Positions 37,738 to 50,934 of a DNA stretch of 64,000 bases are shown in pieces (position 1 is the stretch's first letter; every line of letters starts with the position of its first letter). Position numbers and translations under genes: made by a program. The stretch covers positions 109,864,001 to 109,928,000 of the forward strand of contig OX597818.1 in the NCBI GenBank assembly GCA_951406725.2, read 5' to 3'. The stretch comes from Octopus vulgaris. Lineage: Eukaryota. Below the pieces are notes generated by a model. The model worked only from the letters and a program-made list of their open reading frames with translations. It searched no databases and was not told the origin of the DNA.

Positions 37738-40329
37738 AATATGCTGTCCAGTCTGGGAATCGAACCCATGAGTGATAGTGAGTGCAACATCTTAACCACT
37801 CGACCACATGCATTTATACTTCTTCAGGTAATCATCATCATCATCATCGTTTAACATCCGTTCTCCATACTAGCATGGGTTGGACGGTTCGACCGGGGAT
37901 CTGAGAAGCCAGGAGGCTGCACCAGGCTCCAGTTTGATCTGGCAGGGTTTCTACAGTTGGATGCCCTTCCTAACACCAACCACTCAGTGAGTGTAGTGGG
38001 TGCTTTTTATGTGCCACCTGCACAGGTGCCAAGCGAGGCTGGCATTGGCCACAATTTGGATGGTGTTTTTTACATGCCACCGGCACGGAAGCCAGTCTAG
38101 GTGGCGCTGGCATCGGTCACGTTCAGATGGTGCTTTTTACGTGCCACCGGCACAGGTATCACAACTGCAGTTTCCATTGATTTTGATGTTGGTGTACTTG
38201 ACTCAATGGATCTCCTCAAGCACAGGGTCGAAATAGTGTTTCTTCACTTGCCACCTGCACAGGAGTCAGTCCAGTGGTCCTGGCAACTGCCGGGTGCTAG
38301 TCATAGGATTGGTTCAATTTCGATTCCGATTTCACTTGCCCCAACAGGTCTTCGCAAGCAGCGTTTAGTGTCCAATGAAGGGAGTTTGGCATGGGTGCCT
38401 GTCGTCGGATGAGGTTCGATTTCGACTTCGCTTGCCTCAACAGGTCTTTGTGTGTCCAAGGGAGGGAAGTCTTCTCCTAAAACTGCACCTTCAGTATAAC
38501 CTATGTGAACCTTTACACCATCTCAAGAATCATTCATTTCAGAAAAAAATACAATTTCAAAGAAAATTATGTATTTCATGGTTCTCTATAAACTTCTGTT
38601 TGTCTTGCAGTTTTTTAAAATAACCATGGAATTTCCACGGACCCTGCTGGCAATAGGAATCAAAGACTATCAATACAGATAGTCTGTAATGTTGTATTTG
38701 TTCTATAATTTCGTATTTAAACAACATTTTTGGTCTCTCCTTGTTGCTTAGTAGTGTTGATTGTCTGCTTGTTTCAATTGAGGACTGACAGATCTTTTCT
38801 CTTGTTTTCAATTTTTTCTGGATATTATTTACCCACAGGGTTCCTTTGGTTGGTGGTACTCCTGTTTGGATGGGTTTAACAGAGGTATCCAGCTTCTTTT
38901 GTGGCCACAGAGGCTGCTGCAGATATCATCATTTAGCCTGGTCATATTGACATTTGTTTCTGTGGCTATTCGTTCTGTGATGTCCACGTTCATGCTATTT
39001 ATGATTGATGTTGTTTTAGTATCAATTTATTATTGTTGTTGTTGTTGTTAACTTTAAATGACATGCAATCAGTAGTCCTAAAAGAGTGGTAGCAGCCAAT
39101 AAATAGGCCAGTTATCAATGGTTTAAGAATCAGGCCTGTTTCTGTCCAATCATTGATCCTGTCACCTTGCTATAACTTTCTGACATTCATTGCAGTTATG
39201 CTTTTCTTGATATCAGCAACCTTTTTAGTTTCCTCATCTAATCGTACCTTCACTCCTATGTAGATAACAACCACTCCGTACCTCTCTTAACACATTTTGC
39301 ATTTAGATTAGACTTAATCTGAAAGTGACTATAGTGGCTGACTTAGGCCCAATGGAGGTTTCATATGAGCCAATGAAAAAGCTCTGTGTAGCTACCCAGT
39401 CTGCTAGAAATAGGAATCAAATTTCTCTCAAATCACAGCCAACCAGCTTTAAAATGGAATTTTACATTGACTAATATAGACCTAGGTATATCGTCTTCAT
39501 CATCTGTTTTCCATGCTGACATGGGTCGAAATGGAAATGGCAAGACCAGGAGCTGCACCAGGTTCCATTGTCTGTTTTGGCAAGGTTTCTGTGGCTGTCT
39601 CCAGAAAACTGGAAAATCCTGAAATCTGGGCCACTTCCAGTCCTAAGCTGGCAGATATTTGGTCCGGCGCTGTACCTAACACCATTGGTTTAACTAACAA
39701 AGTAGATACTTTCTGAAATTTAATCTGTACTGTTTGCAGTGAATGCATCCTAAGACAGCTACACTCTAATTGTTCCCCTGGATTAAGGTGGCAGACATCT
39801 TTATAACTCACAATAATTGACAATATTTCAGTGTTATCAATGATATGTTGTTTTGAAATACAAAGTTTATTGTATCAAATTCTGTTCTGTCACTTTCAAA
39901 TATACAGATCTTTTGCAACTCATACATTGATTTGTGTGTTGCTTTCTATTTTTTTGTGTGAAAACTAGTTTTTTCAAAAGCTATAACCTTACAGTCCCCA
40001 TATATAGGTACAAGTTCAGAAATGGTGATGCCATTTCACCAAAATGACTTACTGTTGTTTGTAGTGAACATGTTGAGCTTGTTGCTCAACACTTTTCCCC
40101 CTAGTATTGTAGTCTCCAAATGAGAGAGTCAGCATTTCGCTTCCACCCTCAGCCTTCTGTAATTAATTAATGGTTCCATGAAGAAAGGAGGTGACTTTCA
40201 GGGGCAAAGAATGGGTTGGAAGTAATATGTGCTGATCCTGCTCTCAATAGGTTACGGCTTCCAAGTAGCACCATAGACAGAGGTGTAATGAAGGGTTGTG
40301 TTTTCGGAAAATGGAATGAGGATGTGGTG

Positions 40330-40850
40330 GATGCTTGACAGAGCAGAATGGGGTAAAAGCTGATGCATAATGCTAAATAAGGCATCATTTTTAGTATGGA
40401 GGCAGACTCTTCTTGAACACAGCAAATTCCCAATCATCTCAGTGAGGCTTAGCATCATGAGATCAGCTTTCACTGCTTCCCCTCGTCCATGTCTTCCTGG
40501 AGCTCCTATTTCTACAGAAGCCACCTGCTTTCAGTCACTGGCCCTTCTTTACGCAGCTGTCCTCATCCATGCACATCTCATGACCAAACCAGCACAGTCT
40601 TCTTTCTCACACATCTGATTCTTCTAATGTCTAATCTCAATGCTTTAACCCTTTGTTGTACATACACACTGATATTGCACATCCAATGGAGCATACTAGC
40701 TTCATTCCACTCTAGTTTCCACATGTACCCTGCTTTCACGTACCATTGCCATTCAGTCACTAGCTTCACACGACCTGCTTTTCACTCTGAGACACGGACC
40801 TTTTGTACGCAACAGAGGTAACAGCTCTTTGAATTTTCTCCACCGTATTC
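40330..40850 (-). mobile_element. RTE LINE 3' fragment
   Basis: KLEWNEASMLHWMCNISV...LRLDIRRIRC and GRHGRG motifs, homologous to 52200-52870. Confidence 0.7.
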
Positions 40851-41604
40851 TAGCAATTGGGGTATGGCTATATGGTTAAAAAGTTCATTTCTTGGCCACA
40901 TGGTTTTGGGTTCAATCTGACTGCATGGCACCTTAAACAAGTGTCTTCTACTTTAACCTTGAGCTGACCAAAAAGCTTCTGGTTAAATTTGACAGACCAA
41001 GCTCCATGGTATATGCGTGCGTGTGTTTGTTAACATTTGGGTTTTATGAAAGGCGTGAGCTGTGACAGCACATCAATGCACCCAACGTTTGTTTGTGTTC
41101 CCTGGTTACTGCTGGCAGATGATGCCTCTACACCATGCAGGTGACAATCCTCCCTCCAGCTCATGGGTCTGTTTAGGGTAGTCGTTACTTATGAAGGTTT
41201 TATGAGGTCAGAGTGCAAATCCTTCCTCAACCTCTTTTAGTTGCTTTTTATGGTATGCAGAGGAAAACTATGAAAACTGTGACACACAAAGGAGAACTCA
41301 TAGAAACAATAATAAGAAGAAACTATTAAATTATTTAACAGTTCACTTTGGTCCCAAGTCTGAATATGTTTACAGAAATTATATCACTCATGGTTTGTAG
41401 GTTTATTATTCTGTTATGTTGCTTTGTTATTTTCTTGTATTTATTTTGTTCTATTGTGTTCTTCACCATTGTTCCAAACTAAAATGTTCTCTAATTATTT
41501 ATAACTTGTCACTGATGTTGTTAATCGATGGAAACATTTTTTTCCTCAGCTCTGTGATGGAGATCGTCTGCTCACCTCTCTTTCATCTTGATTATACTCT
41601 AGAT

Positions 41605-41802
41605 CAGTGGTTTTCAGCCGTTTTAATATTTGGACCAGAGCCAGATCCTAGATTTTTTTTAAGGGGTCACACCAAAAACAACTAAAACACAAATCAATTA
41701 AAGAAAAAATTGTTATATTTATAGAGGAAAGACTGTATAGGGTTGCTTGAAGGATGCTTGAGGGCTGCACGAGGCCCTAGGGGTTGCCGTTCAGAACCAT
41801 TG
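41605..41802. mobile_element. hAT (Charlie-like) MITE
   Basis: CAGTGGTTTTC...GAACCATTG with an 8-bp TSD CTCTAGAT/CTTTAGAT. Confidence 0.7.
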
Positions 41803-44800
41803 CTTTAGATATACAACTCTTCACAGATGAACCACAATGGCTTTGGAAGCACTTTCATTACCATGTCCTATTTTTTTTTTAACCATGGGTCAGACTGGTT
41901 ACCAGTAGGTCATTCCTTTCTCTCTGTTGCTGCTATTCCTCTCTTTTGTCAGTTTCAATCTCTTGAGACTAATCTTTGCAACTTCTCTCTATGCTTCTTC
42001 CTCTTCTTTAGGTTCCTTTCTTTCGGCATTTGGCACTTCTCATCTATTGTCATCATCCATGTGCCCTACACACGCCCATGCCAGTGCAATCTTTTCTCTT
42101 ACCATTTATCTGATTCCTCTGGTGTTCAGCCTGACTCACATTATAACCCTTGTAAAGTATGCTCACTACATTTAGTAGAAGTCAAATTTAAATGCACCAC
42201 TCCATTTGTGACCATTGCTCCTCATCTGTTATCATGCTACATTCCTTCAAGACATGCCTCATACAATTTGCTCTTCACTTGCAGAATGAATCCCTTTCTT
42301 GGCAGCAGAGTTAAGAAATAACTCCTAGAATTGTTTCCATTCTGTTGTTCTGGCCATTATGATTTCAGGATGTTAAGTTGATGATTTCGGTTAGTCTTTT
42401 CTCAAAGAATGGGACAGAATTAAGCTTTGTTGTTAGTGAAGACGAGCGATAATAACAGAAAAAAAAATTTCAACAAGTTGAAACGGGCAAAGAATTTTTG
42501 TTTGTGTTCCCCTGATACTACTGGCAGATGATGCCTCTACACCATGCAGGTGACAACCCTCCCTCCAACCCATGGATCTGTTTGGGGTAGTCGTTACTTA
42601 TGAAGGTTTTATGAGGTCAGAGTGCAAATAACAGAAAAAAAAGATTTCATGAAGTTGAAAAGGGCAAAGAATTTTTGTGTCTTGGGAATTCATGAACTGT
42701 TATTTGAAGATGGAAGCATTTTCAAGATGCTAAATCAGTTGTGTTGTATGGTTTTGAGTGTTAATGTTTTAAAGGGTATATTGAAAATTTGTTTTTTTTA
42801 TAATGGTTGTTGTAGGAATCTATGCCTCAGTTTACAAGCCAAGACAATTCAAATGTTTCTTTTAGGACAAATTGCCTCAGATATGGTACGTGCTAGTTAA
42901 TTAAGTGATGACATTTACATCTGTCATATCATTAGTTAATACAGCAATATGCTACACTGCAAAAGAAGAGAATTAATGCTAGGCTATTGATTTGTAAGAT
43001 ATGAATCTCTTATGGGACACACCTTGGAATCATCATCATCATCGTTTAACGTCCGCTTTCCATGCTAGCATGGGTTGGATGATTTGACTGAGGACTGGCG
43101 AACCAGATGGCTGCACCACGCCCCAATCTAATCTGGCGGAGTTTCTACAGCTGGATGCCCTTCCTAATGCCAACCACTCCGAGAGTGTAGTGGGTGCTTT
43201 TATGTGCCGTCGGCACGAGGGCTAGTCAGGCGGTTCTGACAATGGTCACACTCAAGTGGTGTTTTCTACATGCCACCTGCACAGGAGCCAGTCCAGCAGC
43301 ACTGGCAATGACCTTGCTTGAATGTTTTTCATGTGCCAGTAAGGCAACGCTGGTAACAATCACATTTGAATGGTGCTTTTTAAGTGCCATCGGCACAGAA
43401 GCTAGTCAGCTGCTCTGGCAGCGGTCACGCTTGGATGGTGCTCTTAGCACTCCACTGGCACGGGTGCCAGTCATCAAATTTGCAAGGCTCAATAATGGGA
43501 TCAAGAACAAAACAATTGTTAGAACCTCCAAACCATGGTCTGGATAGTTATTAAGGTGGAGGTGGAAGCCCAACGTGTGAGATGTGAGTAGTTTTCTCTA
43601 TGATTTAAGGTGGTGCAACAGATCTTTGTTGTGAATCTATTTTCCTACTTTTGTGTTCTTTGGTTCTTTCGCTGTAACATGTGATGCATAAGGTTTGTAA
43701 AATATTAAGCTGCCTTTCATCTTTAAAGCAAGTCTTGTAGGCACTACTTCAATTTTAAATGAACAGAATGGTTTGGCAATGAAATAATACAGCTTGGTCA
43801 TTTTCCAAAGATGAGTTCTTCTACGTTCTTAGCCTTTTGTGCTTAGTGATTAAGATTAATTTTGATGGAAGATTTCAATTCAGACCTCTTTAGAATGGGA
43901 ACTTTGTCACAGAACCCTGGGCAGTCTCAGACAGATGGATATCAAAATAATTAAACATTTGACTATGAACATCCTTCCTTTTATTCAGCAAAAAGTACCT
44001 TGGAATACATTATCTAATGTGTCCTTTTCTAAGGAAGTGACGTGGGTTACAGAAATATATTTCCTGCAGGTTAAGTGACCCCCATACAAAGTGAGGTCAG
44101 TGCCCCCAAATTAGCCTGAAACCACGTTCAGTGTTTAGAAGGGCAGAATTGTGTTCCTGTTTTCTGCTCTGCCAGGGATGCAGACAGCATTGCAACTTTA
44201 GAAAATGCTACCAAACAGGAATTACAGCAATTGTGTGATTTTTATATCTCATCTATTGTTTAATTACAGGGTTCTTAATTTTTCTGATGTGGTTTATTTA
44301 CAATATTCCATTTCTTCTTAATCTAATCTCAGGTCTCTTAAAAGGAAAACACAAGCAACAGACAACTCATGGAAATAAATCTGTATCATGCCTTGTGTTA
44401 CATTTATGGATCAGATTCAAATCAGAGGGATTCTTTTCTGTTGCCAACTATTTGTTAGGGTTCAGCCCCAAACCATCTTTCATCGAGCAGAAATAGAATT
44501 GTCTTTTTGCTAGACATAGTGTTCTTCTTTTTCTGACGGATGCTTGGCTGCTATTTCTAGCAGCTTGATGATCATGCAGCAGGCCCTTATAATGATATCA
44601 CTTTCTCCATTTAAGTTTCGTAATAAAATCTGATTATATTAGTTTGAGTGGAGGCACATGGCTTAGTAGTTAGGGAATTGGACTCATGATCATAAGATTG
44701 TGGTTTCAATTCCTGGACCGGGCGACACATTGTGTTCTTGAGCAAAACACTTCATTTCATGTTGCTCCAGTCCACTCAGCTGGCAAAAGTGAGTAATCCT

Positions 44801-47234
44801 GCAACTGACTGGCATCCCATCCAGGTGGGGAATTTCTATGCCACTGAAACCGGGAAACCAGCCCTCAGGAACCTGGCATGGCTCAAGAAGATTTAGCAAA
44901 ACCTGTCTTCTATAATTTCTAAGAAAATACCAATAGTCTTACAATTCTTTCGTGGCAGAAAGTCACAAAGTCTTAGACTTGAATCCTCTTTGCACCTATG
45001 GAATCTCTTCTTTTTAAATCCGTAAAACTCTTCTGCTGAAGACTTCCATTCGAAGCTCTTATCCTCAAAACAGTTCTGATATAATTATTCATTCTTTCGT
45101 TTTTCATTCTATACAGACAGGTGATGGGAAAATAATAAAATAAAACACAAACAAAATCTTCAAGGTAAGAAAGTCTTAGAGAAGTATCTGTCACTGACAT
45201 ATTTTCATACTTAGCTCTAAGGTTTGTATTCTTTAAGAATCTGTCGAAGCTCAATGCTTGTGCAGTAACCCAACCATATGCTTTAGCTGTTCTTGTTTGT
45301 CTCATTGATTTATTATTATTATTTTTTTTTTGTTTTGTTCTTTTGATTTAAACAGTTTTGTTTGACTGCTTGAAGTTTTACTGTTGAAAATGAAATATTT
45401 TGCATTTACTGCTCTGCAAGATGTTTAAATATCTATTTTTATTAGGTTTCTTATCCATGTTTCCACACTCGTTAATAGATCATATCAGTTTGTTTGACCA
45501 CAGCTGTTACATTCTGTGTTAAAGGGCAGCATTCTCTGCTCCTCAACCATTTTGAGACAGAACCATTTGCAACAGAACAGTTTCAGACAGAACTCACAAA
45601 TGTTTTTTTTTGTTTTAAATATCATCATCATCGTCATTTAACGTCCGCTTTCCATGCTAGCATGGGTTGGACGATTTGACTGAGGTCTGGCGAACCCGAT
45701 GGCTGCACCAGACTCCAATCTGATCTGGCAGAGTTTCTACAGCTGGATGCCCTTCCTAACACCAACCACTCCGAGAGTGTAGTGGGTGCTTTTACGTTCC
45801 ACTGGCACTAGGGCCAGTTCGGTGGTACTGGCAACGGCCACGCCCAAATGGTGCTTTTTATGTGCCACCTGCACAGGAGTCAGTCCAGCGGCACTGGCAA
45901 TGACCTTGTTCAAATGTCTTTTCACGTGCCACCAGCACAAGTGCTAGTAAGGCGACGCAGGTAACGATCACGCCCGAATGGTGTTTTTAACGTGCCATCG
46001 GTGTGGAGGCCAGCTTGTTGCTCTGGCAACAATCTCACTCATATGGGTACTCTTAGCGTTCCACTAGTAACGGATGCCAGTCACTGAGTTTGATTCCGAC
46101 TCAACTCTAATTTTAAATGTTATGATAATTTTTTAAGTGAGGTGAATTTCTTGTCTTTAATTAAGTTTGATTTTGGTAATTTAGTCAAATATTGTAATAG
46201 AGAACATATTTCTGAGAAATTGTAAACATCAAGTCTTGAATGCAAGAATAGTATCCAACAAAATAGTAATTCATCAGCTTCTTACACGCACACACACACA
46301 CACATTCTTGCATCATAACATAATTTAATTCTAAATTATGTTTCTTACATTCTTACAGTTATACAATTTGGAATGGGCTGATAAAGAGCCTTTATATAGT
46401 TTTTTGGGGGCAGCAGGAATAAACAGTCAAATCTCCCTCAAAGGACAACCATGCTTTAAAAAAAATGGGATGTATGTAATTGATAATGTATTTGTAGATA
46501 GACTTTGTCTGCAAAAAGATGTGATGCTCATAGGTAAGACATCTCTGGGTCAGGGCTAACCTGAGCTGGAAAATGAGAATCAATTCAATGAATGATGTTG
46601 TTTCTATGATTGACCAAAATCCAACTTTTCTAAGTGGCAGTATTTCTGACGGTTGCCGCAGAACTCCTGATTATTGTTGCTTAACTCCAAATCAGCTCCA
46701 GTTAATCTTTTTCTTATATTTCTGTTGAAATAAAGGATTGTGTATCAATTAATTTTGAAATTAATGAAGACTTTAGTGAAATAATTTCGTTATTATTGAG
46801 CTAATTGCTTGGAACATTAATTAACGTAAAAGTTTTTCTGGAAGGTTTCAGTTTAGACCGTTTTAAAATGAGGAATTTGTATCCAAGAACCACGAGCAGT
46901 CTCAGACAGATTGATATTAAAATAGTTAAGCAGATTTATGATCAAAACCATTCAACTGTGACCATTTTCCCCCTTTTTTATTCAAGCAAGAGTACCTTGG
47001 ACTACGTTATCTAATATGTCCTTTTCTAAGGAAGTGACATGGGTTACAGAAAGATAATTCTAGCAGGTTAAATGATCCCATACATGATTCTCCACTTTTA
47101 GGGCCTTGATTTCCATCTCATTGATATATCTAATCCTGAGCTCTCCCAGAGAGAAACCAGTTCAAGTTTTGTAGATATAGATATGATGGTATTCAATACC
47201 TGATATAGCACGCAAAATGTGACATAACATTGTT

Positions 47235-47418
47235 CTATATTTAAGAGATGAGGAATTATGTACATTATCTACATTATTTACACTATTTACATTTGACAGA
47301 TATTTGTCCTCATTTTGTTTGTTGTTAACACGTTTCGGCTGATATACCCTCCAGCCTTCATCAGGTATCTTGGGGAAATTTCAAACCTGGGTTCTCATTC
47401 CTAAGGTATTTTTCGATG

Positions 47419-47460
<42 letters not shown>

Positions 47461-47757
47461 TTGCTTCCTGGAATTGAACTTGGAATCTTGGGATTAGTAG
47501 CCCACGCTCTTAACCACTATGCCATATGGCGTAGTGGTTAAGAGCATGAGCTACTAACCCCAAGATTCCGAGTTTAATTCCAGGCAGTGACCTGAATAAT
47601 AATAATGATAATAATAACATAGAAAAATACCTTATGAATGAGAACCCAGGTTCAAAATTTCCCCAAGATACCTGATGAAGGCTGGAGGGTTTATCAGCCG
47701 AAACGTTGTTTAGCAACAAACAAGATGAGGACAAATATCTGTCAAATGTAAATAATG
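47235..47757. mobile_element. Family HS head-to-head dimer (two tRNA-promoter plus HHR units)
   Basis: Minus copy 47235-47525 and plus copy 47526-47757 joined at CCATATGG. HHR cores at about 47355-47365 (-) and 47672-47703 (+). Flanked by GACATAACATTGTT / GACATAATATTGTT. Confidence 0.85.
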
Positions 47758-47932
47758 ACATAATATTGTTATGTAGGAGAGAATAAGTTATTTTATGTTA
47801 ACTATGATTTTCTGTGGTAAATTTGTGAAGTTGTTTAGTTATCTGTGTAATAATTATGTAATATTGCATCCTGTTAGAGCATCAGAGAAAATTCCAGAAT
47901 TATGCTATGTTGTAAAATGACGTCTTATATGG

Positions 47933-48366
47933 AAATTACTATTTATAAATCTCACAATGAGAGATATTTAGCAACAGTACTTTGTAGTAAAGATTGTTTG
48001 CCAACATAACATGGCAGTCTTAGTTTAGGATGAATGTTGCTGTAATTTAGCCCTAGGAGATATCATCTCCTGCTGGCTATACGATACGATTTGTGTCCTA
48101 AAATTTTGAACAAGGGAATCTAGCACCCCCACCCAGCTCAAAACAAAATCTGTGTATTGCGATTTCCAGGTTATTTCCCTTCATCAGCACAGAATAACTG
48201 TTTGGCTAGTGGTGGCACTGCCAAATTCCTGTTCGAAATATATAGTTTTCAAAGTGACAACTAGTCACTGATCTATAAATTAGAAAATTGCTATTTGTAA
48301 ACCTCACAACGAGAGATATTCAGCAACAGTACTTTGGAGTGAAGACTGTTTGCCAACATAACATGC
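47933..48366 (-). mobile_element. Retrozyme-like element: 352-bp unit plus 81-bp terminal redundancy
   Basis: 47933-48013 is repeated at 48285-48365; 9-bp TSD CTTATATGG (47924-47932, 48367-48375); internal HHR; no ORF. Confidence 0.75.
48149..48193 (-). ncRNA. Type I hammerhead ribozyme
   Basis: Minus strand: TCTGTG-CTGATGA-AGG-gaaataa-CCT-g-GAAA-T-cgca-A-TA-CACAGA. 6-bp stem I, intact core, AUA site; stem II register is imperfect. Confidence 0.7.
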
Positions 48367-50934
48367 CTTATATGGTCAGGTAATATACAAAGTGTGGGGT
48401 GCTTAACTAGCAGCTAGGAAGCTGATTGATAAAGAATAAAGTTCTAGAAGTTATGAAGTCATGTGACTGTTTAGAAGATTCTAGATTAATGCACGCATAT
48501 ATAAGGAGGGCCTAGTCTCTGTGTGCTGGCAAATACTAAGCAAAAGTCAGTCAGTGTGAAACCAATTAACAAAGAACCATGTTACATAAGACACTTAGTT
48601 GTGTATGATTCTTCTTCTCTGGGCAAGTTGGTTTGTTGGGCTGGTCTGCGGTTTCCCTGCCACTAACTTTTGCTGTTGGAACCATGTTGGTACAGAAGGG
48701 AGGCCGTATTTTGCAAGAATATAAACAGCTTCAACATGTGTCAAATATATGTGCTACAGTTGCAGTGTCACTGTCCAAATATCCCTGAAAAGTTAAGAAT
48801 AGATAAATCTACAATATTCTCAGGAAATTGAGGATTGTAAGAAAAAAACTTTGTTTTAAATAAACATTACACAAATGCAGCCTATGTACTGCAGAAAAGA
48901 AGCTATCTTTTACTTGTTTCAGTCATTAGACTGTGGCCACGCTGGAGCACCACCTTCAGGAATTTTAGTCAAATGAATCAACCCCCAGTGCTTTTTGTTT
49001 AAATCTTTTACTTATTCTATTGGTCTCTTTTTGCCAAACTGCTAAGTTACAGGGACATAAACACACTAATACTGGTTGCCAAGTGGTGGTGGGGGACAAA
49101 TGGACACAACACAAAGACACACACACAATGGGCTTCTTTCAGTTTCCATCTACCAAATCCACTCACAAGGCTTTGGTCAGTATGAGAGCCAGTTAGGTGG
49201 TACTGGCATTGACCATGCTCAAATGGTGCTTTTTATATGCATGAGAGCCAGTCAGGCAGCACTGGCAAAGACCACACTTGAATGGTGCTTTTTATATGCC
49301 ACCAGCATGGGACCAGTCCGGTGGCCCTGGCAACGACCCTGCTTGAATGGTGCTTTTTACAAGCCACCAGCAGGGGACCAGTCAGGTGGTACTGTCATTG
49401 ACTATGCAAAAATAGTATCCAACAAAATAGTAATTCATCAGCTTCTTACACACACACACACACCTGAACAGTTAAAAATGGGAAGTTGGTACCTGTATCG
49501 TGACAGTAGAGTGATATAACATTATTTCTTCTTTAAGAATACATTGGAAAGCTGAGTTTACAGAGCGGAGTTGCAAGGAGATGAAATTTCCACTTGTCTC
49601 CGATATCCAAGTCATGTGGTGGATGCTGCCCTACCCCTGTTAGAATGTAAGAAGTTAAGGGCCAAAACACTTGTCGAGGGTGGGTTTGTTCTCTGAAGAC
49701 CTGCAGTTCAGCTCTCTTGAGATTCTCTTACCTCTGATACGCCAGAAACATTTACTTGGAATCTTTTTTTGTTGCCTTATTTTGGAGGATTATGCTGAAT
49801 GGAACCAAGCATAGAATAGAAATGTCAAACTGTCTCATTGGTTGACACAGAATAACAAGGAATGTTGTTGCTAGCAATGTAATTGTGGTTTGAAAAAAGA
49901 ATTTTGGTGGGGGAGTGACACTTAGTGGAAGAGCCAAAAATAATTTGTAGAATTGTATAGAAAGTATGAGTGCATAAATGTGCGTAAGTGGAAACACAAA
50001 CACACACACAAATGTGTAAAAAATACAATTATGTTGGTAATTGCATTTGTGCAAAAATAATTGTAAAAGGAAGTAACTTGTAGCAGTTAAGTGTATTTTG
50101 TACATCTTTAAAATTGAAGATAAATAGTGAAAAAAAAACAAAACAATTACAAAAAAAAAGGTAATTTTACTCCAATTTTTGTGCATTTTGCTGCTTCTAT
50201 CAGCCATTTGGAAAAAAAATAATTGCTTAGTATGAAGTTTGAAGCATGTCTGCAAAATTCTAACATTTCTGATCATTTACTGAATCTGTGGTCTTCTTGA
50301 AACAAAATAAATAATTTCTCATTTAACCAGAGCTTACAGTGAAGATTAGGGTTAGCATAAGTGGGGGTCAACCATAGAATTTTAAATGCCACAGATCCTT
50401 TTTCATCGTTTTAAATGTGCTTGGAGTTGTGGCTAATTTTTTTTCAGGATTCTTTAAATCTTTGCATATTGTACCCTGATATATTTAACCCTTTGACTTA
50501 TTTCGGTTGTTATTGTCAAAATATTGAAACATTTCGTACTTTTAGAGCTTCTTCAGGTGCTTGGAATTTGTGCCAATGTTCTCAAAGTGTTCAACTGGAA
50601 CCTTTATTAAATCTGGGTCTTTGGTTATTTTCATTCTGTTCTTCATACCTGTGATGTTCTTTTATTATTCTCCTCCTTGAAGAGTTATTTGTTGGTTCCA
50701 CTTGAGCTAAAATATATATTCTTTCGATTGACCCCAGGATTGAAGTCTTGCCTACTTCCTAACTGGCATTCTATTGATTACAATAACAAGAGTTCCAGGC
50801 CAAAGCTGCCCCAGGTGCCATTGTCTTTCAGCCATGGTTTCTACAGCTGGATGCCCTTCATAATGCCAACCACTTTGCAAAGTATACTGGGTGCCTTCTA
50901 TGTGGCACCATCACCAGTGCTTTTTGGGTATTAG

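Noticed and set aside
37990-38460. Regularly spaced GGTGCTTTTTACGTGCCACC motifs resembling a CRISPR array (also 43190-43475 and 45780-46080)
   Set aside because: They are degenerate internal subrepeats of SINE family C with related spacers, in a eukaryotic context with no cas genes.
44973-45305. 110-aa minus-strand ORF within the intron
   Set aside because: No recognisable homology or gene structure.
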